Below, one piece after another: positions 38,601-42,120 of a stretch of 42,120 nt of DNA; position 1 is the stretch's first letter; the number at the start of each line of letters is the position of its first letter. This stretch comes from Clostridia bacterium. GTDB lineage: Bacteria; Bacillota; Clostridia; Christensenellales; UBA1242. The notes under the pieces are model-generated. The model saw only the letters and a program-made list of their open reading frames with translations. It was not told where the DNA came from and did not search any database. The stretch lies in contig JAZUCT010000042.1 of NCBI GenBank assembly GCA_045639255.1, positions 1-42,120 on the forward strand, in the 5' to 3' direction. Made by a program: the position numbers and the translations under genes.

Positions 38601-38829
38601 AATTAAAATTAGGTTTGTCACTTATGAACGGAATGTTGTTTATTTGGAAACAGTAACCGCTTGCATTATTTATGGCAGTGCATTTTACAAAAACTTGATT
38701 ATCTGTTTCTTCAATTGCAATTTCTGGCTTTGATAGGCGCTGTGTTTGTTTGTTGCAACCAACAAAAAGCATTGGCAACGAAATTGCCAAAATTAAAAAC
38801 ATAAAAATTTTAATTGCTTTTTGTTTCAT
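35623..38829 (-). CDS. Lipoprotein with 7 FN3-like repeats and a catalytically degenerate transglutaminase-like domain
   Basis: Lipobox FVGC; TDYQKALAIYSYL...YD; ATSVGLAK (Cys->Ser); VGYSTVKIDDEWFIVD (His->Val, Asp kept). Confidence 0.75.
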   Translation of the reverse strand: MKQKAIKIFMFLILAISLPMLFVGCNKQTQRLSKPEIAIEETDNQVFVKCTAINNASGYCFQINNIPFISDKPNFNLSEVMVEYKTYVIKAYAIGTGKYTNSRLSNILTYRKQKKFNTPMLNITGTVLSWSAIENAQTYLLKVNNSAPIEFAETQVDIKANLNIFNLINVNKNNTFEVKVKAYNDCNESEYSNTVNYSETSILNSATNLHVSQINNKSYLTWHSEYNNISFKVYLNDVEISTTTSKELEVTQYLTQAKDYIFAVECISDSVLVQNSEKSEPYTHINLIRLSKPEINNIYLDNENNVIVEWNKVENAISYRVTVNQTETYQVYSEKHVFIFESIKNYAQDELSFTVKAIGYNNYLDSAISTQETFNPYSKLSIPEEVKIENVNNIAFLSFKAVENARTYIISVNDVEFESESTYINLSQYVNSTQLYSIKIKCKAYNFFKESDFSEIFNYNHTYFLEKPTNVNAEITNNVLQITWKGQDNAAGYNVKITFESAIIVSTTTINTFNYTLYSGGEYSYCVQALGDNLSYFDGEYSEQQEIVFVKKINAPSNFKYQKDNSYLILSWGRVSNVKHYQLTYNNKTISVLTEKIKILLSEFNKGSYVFELKAIAEDNIYYTDSSVSTLTYQHGNSQNVGELFYVNNNYYDFFIESYEEFVELIDYAHQFQKNNVSFYANFNYSEDLTSNNYYESLKDLFENYNIKDETIRNEVISAIITVNAENNMKLISIAKENTKLTLTFEFTNDVTEELETTVISPDKQFTAYKNGSKLSSIYCETLPTLPAANNINSTMQILNVINNERKPQFETSIKGVNVAGYYNKFIQILNENISATATDYQKALAIYSYLMANTSYDFECEKYVTENNVNFENYFSYNIEGVAKHSKATSVGLAKTFTLMCLMEGVKATYNIALENGIVVGYSTVKIDDEWFIVDFYKSVIINNEINSVNNQYFTYYYFLNNSSELSYLNSTTQSWPENKPATSNINYFENFNTTIGNCKLVVSDIDSITEIVTYCINNNKLALEIQLDMDFSSFVSLVELAKTMDYITDCKYFNNSDKTVFVKIVL

Positions 38830-38841
38830 AATTTATTCCTT

Positions 38842-41800
38842 TTAAGCAACATATAAGAACGCATAATTATTGTTATTATTCTTAAAGGTTATGCCTTCAA
38901 GTTTTAGATTATAAGTTGAAAGAAGTTGATTAATAACACTGAAATTTATGCTTGAATGATATTGAACTTCAATGTTTGTAACATTTCTTTCAATAAACAA
39001 TAAATTTGCAATGGCTAACATTTCTTCTGTTGTTTCTAAATATAAATCGAAAGAATTAACCAAATTCATTTCATCATAATAAGATAATGCATTTTCAGCC
39101 TTAGGAAGATTAACTGTATATTCTTCATAGTTTTCTGAAAGTTCAGCATCAGATTTTAAGAAATTTCTGTAATGCGAAACCATTCTGTTACCTAAGGTAT
39201 CGCTTACTGATGAATTGGTTGCATCAACATTATACCATTCACCATTTATTTTAACTTTGTTCCATGCATGCCCGCCACCATTTAAAGTTCCAACAACATG
39301 CCTTGATTCAATTCCTTCAATTCCGCATAAAACACAGAATGCTTTTGCAATGCCGTTACAAACTGCAATGTTATTAAAGAAAACACCTTCTGCATAATAA
39401 CATTCATATTTGTTTGAGTTTTCTGTTATTTCAAGCGCTTTATAATCGTAAGTAACATTATAAACTATCCAATCAAAAATTGCTGTTACTTTTTCAAACT
39501 CTGACATTTCATCGCAAACAATTTGTCTTAAAATATCTTTTGCCATGTTATAAACTTTTTCAGCATTGCTGTTTGAATTAACAAAGTTTGGTTTTTTAGT
39601 TGGATAAGATAACAATTCAACAAGTTGATCGCTTGTTTCAATATCGATTGTTTCAAAAAGTGTTTCAATATAGAACGCATCAAATGCACTTGAACGCTTT
39701 TCATAGCCTAAATCGTTAACACTTAATGGATTGTTTGTTGAACTTTTTAATTCTTCTTGTTGATTTGTTTTTAAGCTTGGTTCACCTGTTTCATTAAAAT
39801 AAGTGAATTTAATTGTATAAGAAGTGTTTGAATTTTGAACTTTTGCAAAAGACTTGCAACCACCCATATCTCTGTTATAACTGTAAATAGCAGATATAAT
39901 TTCGTTCTGAATTGTGCTATCTTCTTTTTTATAGTCGCCTTTATAAGTTTCTAAAGCATTTTCATAATAATATTCATCAGTTAAATCAACTGTGTAATCA
40001 AATAAAATTTCTAGGCTCACTTCTGAAAGTTTATATAACATTGCATAACTTATAACATGGTTTAATTCTTCTTGACTAACAATGTTAAAATCGCGTTCTT
40101 CGCCGTGATAATAATAAGTTTCGCCTATGTTTTCTGTTTCACCATGAACACATGAAACTGCAACCGATAGTGCACTGTTATAGTAGTAACCATTTTGGCC
40201 TGCAATTGCAATAACATTAAAGATATAAACACCATATTGTTCACTGCCTAAACTGAAATTATATGAATTTGTTAATGAACTGAATAATCTTTGATTTCCT
40301 TCATAGGATACATAAATATCGTAAGATACTGCATTTAAAACTTTATTCCACGATACTGTTGCAACACTGTTTTCAATGCTTACATTTAAGTTTGTTGGTG
40401 CTTCAAGGCTAAGTTTGCAATCAAGGCTTACTTGTTCACTTTGTGGTGAACTTTCATAAAGTCCATTTCCAACTGCAATAACATAACAACTATATTTGCC
40501 AGCTTCTGCAATTTTATAAACATAAGATGTTGTTGAAAGCATTGGAATTTCAACACTGCTTTGATTTACGCCATTGTTATATATTATTGTTAAATTGTAA
40601 GCAATTGCATTTTCAACTTGGTTCCAACTGAAAGTTATTTCTTCGTTTTCAAACTTCATTTGCACATTTGTTGGTGCATACATTTTGCCAGAGTTTGCAA
40701 ATCTGATAACAGAAGAAAAATCGCTTGCTTCAAATCTGCTTGTTTCGTTGCATTTAACTTTTATTTCGTAAACTTCTGGCTCGGTTATTATTTCGCTTAA
40801 ATCAACCTTGGTTAAACTTGTTATTTTTGAATAAGTGTTGTTTATAAGCACCAAATATGTTTCAGCATTATTAACCGCATTAAATGTTAATTCAATAAGA
40901 GTATCTGTTTTGTTTACTTCAATGTTTGTTGGAACACTTAATTTTCCATAACTTGTAAGTGTTTCAATGTTTGAAAAATCGCTTGTTAAAAAGTTTTCAT
41001 AGCCATTTGCAACAACTTTGAATTTAAAAGGTTTTGAAAATGCACTTAAATAATTTTTTGAAATAACCGCGTTAACTTCGCCATCAGTTTGCCAAATATC
41101 ACGGTTATATTTTTCATTGTTTATGTAAAGTGAATAAGTTTCAGCAAACTCAACTGCTTGCCAGTTTAAATTAACACTGTTATCACTTAAACTTAAAGAA
41201 ATAATTGGTGTGGAAAGTTTTATTGTTTTTGAATAAACATAATTTTCACTTAAATTGCTTGATTTTAAAAATTCGTGATTAATTATTGCTTTAACTTGAA
41301 AATGATAATTTTTTGTTTGAGTTAAAAATGCTGTTACATCTATTTGTGTTTCAGTTAAAGGTTCTTCTGTTTCAATTTCAACGCCATTTAAATAAACCAA
41401 ATAACTTTCAGCATTTTCAACGCTTTGCCATTTAAGTTTAAATGTTTCGCCCTGTTCAATAAGTTGTAGGTTGACTGGTGCATTTATTTGCCTTGTTACT
41501 TTATAAATAATTTCGTTTGAATTTTCAGATGTTGTATGATAACCATTTCCTTTTGCTTTAACTGACACAGAATAGTTTCCAACATTTTCAAAAACAGAAG
41601 TGAATTGTTCACTATTTAAATTAACACTGGTTTCTGTTGTTGTTAAAACAAGATTGTTATTTACAAACAATTCATATTCGTTTGCATCAGAAACTGCACC
41701 CCAAAAAACTTCATTTTCGTTAATAAGCAGTTTTGGAGAATTTAATTGTTTATTATATGTAAAACTTGTTTCGGCAGAATATTTTGAGTTTGAATAATTT

Positions 41801-42111
41801 CCAACACCCAAAGCCAAAATTTTAAATTTATATTCACCAGCAGTAACAATATAGTTTGTGCAATTGAAGGTTGGGTTAACTGAGTTATATGGAACACCAT
41901 TTATTAAAAGTTGATAAGATGAAGCATTTGAAACTTTAAATGTTGAAACAATTATTTCGCCATTTTGAACAGTTACGGTTGGCGCAATTGGAGTTGATAG
42001 TTGTGTTACCTTATTATTGTTGTTTGAATTAAATAAACTGCAACCAGAAAATGAAAAAAATGAGAATAAGAACATTGCAATTAAAGAAAAACATTTAATC
42101 ATTCTTTTCAT
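38842..42111 (-). CDS. Lipoprotein with 7 FN3-like repeats and an intact transglutaminase-like (Cys-His-Asp) domain
   Basis: Lipobox FSGC; SEFEKVTAIFDWIV.NVTYD; AVCNGIAKAF; HAWNKVKINGEWYNVDAT. Confidence 0.85.
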   Translation of the reverse strand: MKRMIKCFSLIAMFLFSFFSFSGCSLFNSNNNNKVTQLSTPIAPTVTVQNGEIIVSTFKVSNASSYQLLINGVPYNSVNPTFNCTNYIVTAGEYKFKILALGVGNYSNSKYSAETSFTYNKQLNSPKLLINENEVFWGAVSDANEYELFVNNNLVLTTTETSVNLNSEQFTSVFENVGNYSVSVKAKGNGYHTTSENSNEIIYKVTRQINAPVNLQLIEQGETFKLKWQSVENAESYLVYLNGVEIETEEPLTETQIDVTAFLTQTKNYHFQVKAIINHEFLKSSNLSENYVYSKTIKLSTPIISLSLSDNSVNLNWQAVEFAETYSLYINNEKYNRDIWQTDGEVNAVISKNYLSAFSKPFKFKVVANGYENFLTSDFSNIETLTSYGKLSVPTNIEVNKTDTLIELTFNAVNNAETYLVLINNTYSKITSLTKVDLSEIITEPEVYEIKVKCNETSRFEASDFSSVIRFANSGKMYAPTNVQMKFENEEITFSWNQVENAIAYNLTIIYNNGVNQSSVEIPMLSTTSYVYKIAEAGKYSCYVIAVGNGLYESSPQSEQVSLDCKLSLEAPTNLNVSIENSVATVSWNKVLNAVSYDIYVSYEGNQRLFSSLTNSYNFSLGSEQYGVYIFNVIAIAGQNGYYYNSALSVAVSCVHGETENIGETYYYHGEERDFNIVSQEELNHVISYAMLYKLSEVSLEILFDYTVDLTDEYYYENALETYKGDYKKEDSTIQNEIISAIYSYNRDMGGCKSFAKVQNSNTSYTIKFTYFNETGEPSLKTNQQEELKSSTNNPLSVNDLGYEKRSSAFDAFYIETLFETIDIETSDQLVELLSYPTKKPNFVNSNSNAEKVYNMAKDILRQIVCDEMSEFEKVTAIFDWIVYNVTYDYKALEITENSNKYECYYAEGVFFNNIAVCNGIAKAFCVLCGIEGIESRHVVGTLNGGGHAWNKVKINGEWYNVDATNSSVSDTLGNRMVSHYRNFLKSDAELSENYEEYTVNLPKAENALSYYDEMNLVNSFDLYLETTEEMLAIANLLFIERNVTNIEVQYHSSINFSVINQLLSTYNLKLEGITFKNNNNNYAFLYVA

Positions 42112-42120
42112 AACAAAAAC

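Noticed and set aside
35623-38829. Pseudogene call for the inactive transglutaminase-like gene
   Set aside because: Full-length uninterrupted 1068-aa ORF with SD and lipobox despite deep divergence; better treated as a pseudoenzyme.
1-42120. Very frequent TTGCAA/TGCA words as a possible uptake or repeat signal
   Set aside because: Explained by preferred codons (GTT/ATT/CTT followed by GCA) in coding frames; not concentrated in intergenic DNA.
1-42120. Alternative genetic code, prophage, DGR or mobile element
   Set aside because: Long ORFs are intact under code 11 and cdd ends in TGA; no integrase, transposase, reverse transcriptase, phage genes or near-identical template/variable repeat pair was seen.

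Overview
A 42-kb, AT-rich, gene-dense chromosomal window from a spore-forming Firmicute. A Clostridia-like origin is inferred from the gene content. Genetic code 11 fits (TGA ends cdd). I found no rRNA, tRNA, CRISPR array, integrase or transposase. Housekeeping genes: cdd, tilS, a DEAD-box helicase, ppa, archaeal-type valS, jag-yidC-yidD-rnpA-rpmH (rpmH was missed by the ORF track), yhbY, nth and obgE. Sporulation/germination genes: spoVB-like-DUF421-DUF4363, a LysM protein, a SleL-like LysM-GH18 and a gerA-type A-B-C operon. About 40% of the window encodes unusual surface proteins. (i) Three lipoproteins share one ~80-aa FN3-like repeat. One is a 2020-aa putative adhesin co-transcribed with a divergent SipW-type signal peptidase. 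The other two are a tandem, co-linear transglutaminase-like pair in which one keeps Cys-His-Asp and the other has Ser/Val/Asp. (ii) Two TasA/BsaA-like proteins, one with a SipW-type signal and one apparently membrane-anchored. (iii) A protein with four CBM-like repeats, a TM helix and a coiled-coil tail. Together these are the best candidate for an undescribed surface fibre/adhesion system. Other notable signals: an orphan terminator in the DEAD-box leader, a probably leaderless nth, valS without a T-box, the rpmH-jag block detached from dnaA/oriC, and apparent absence of GTAC. All calls come from motif recognition by eye; no database searches were run.
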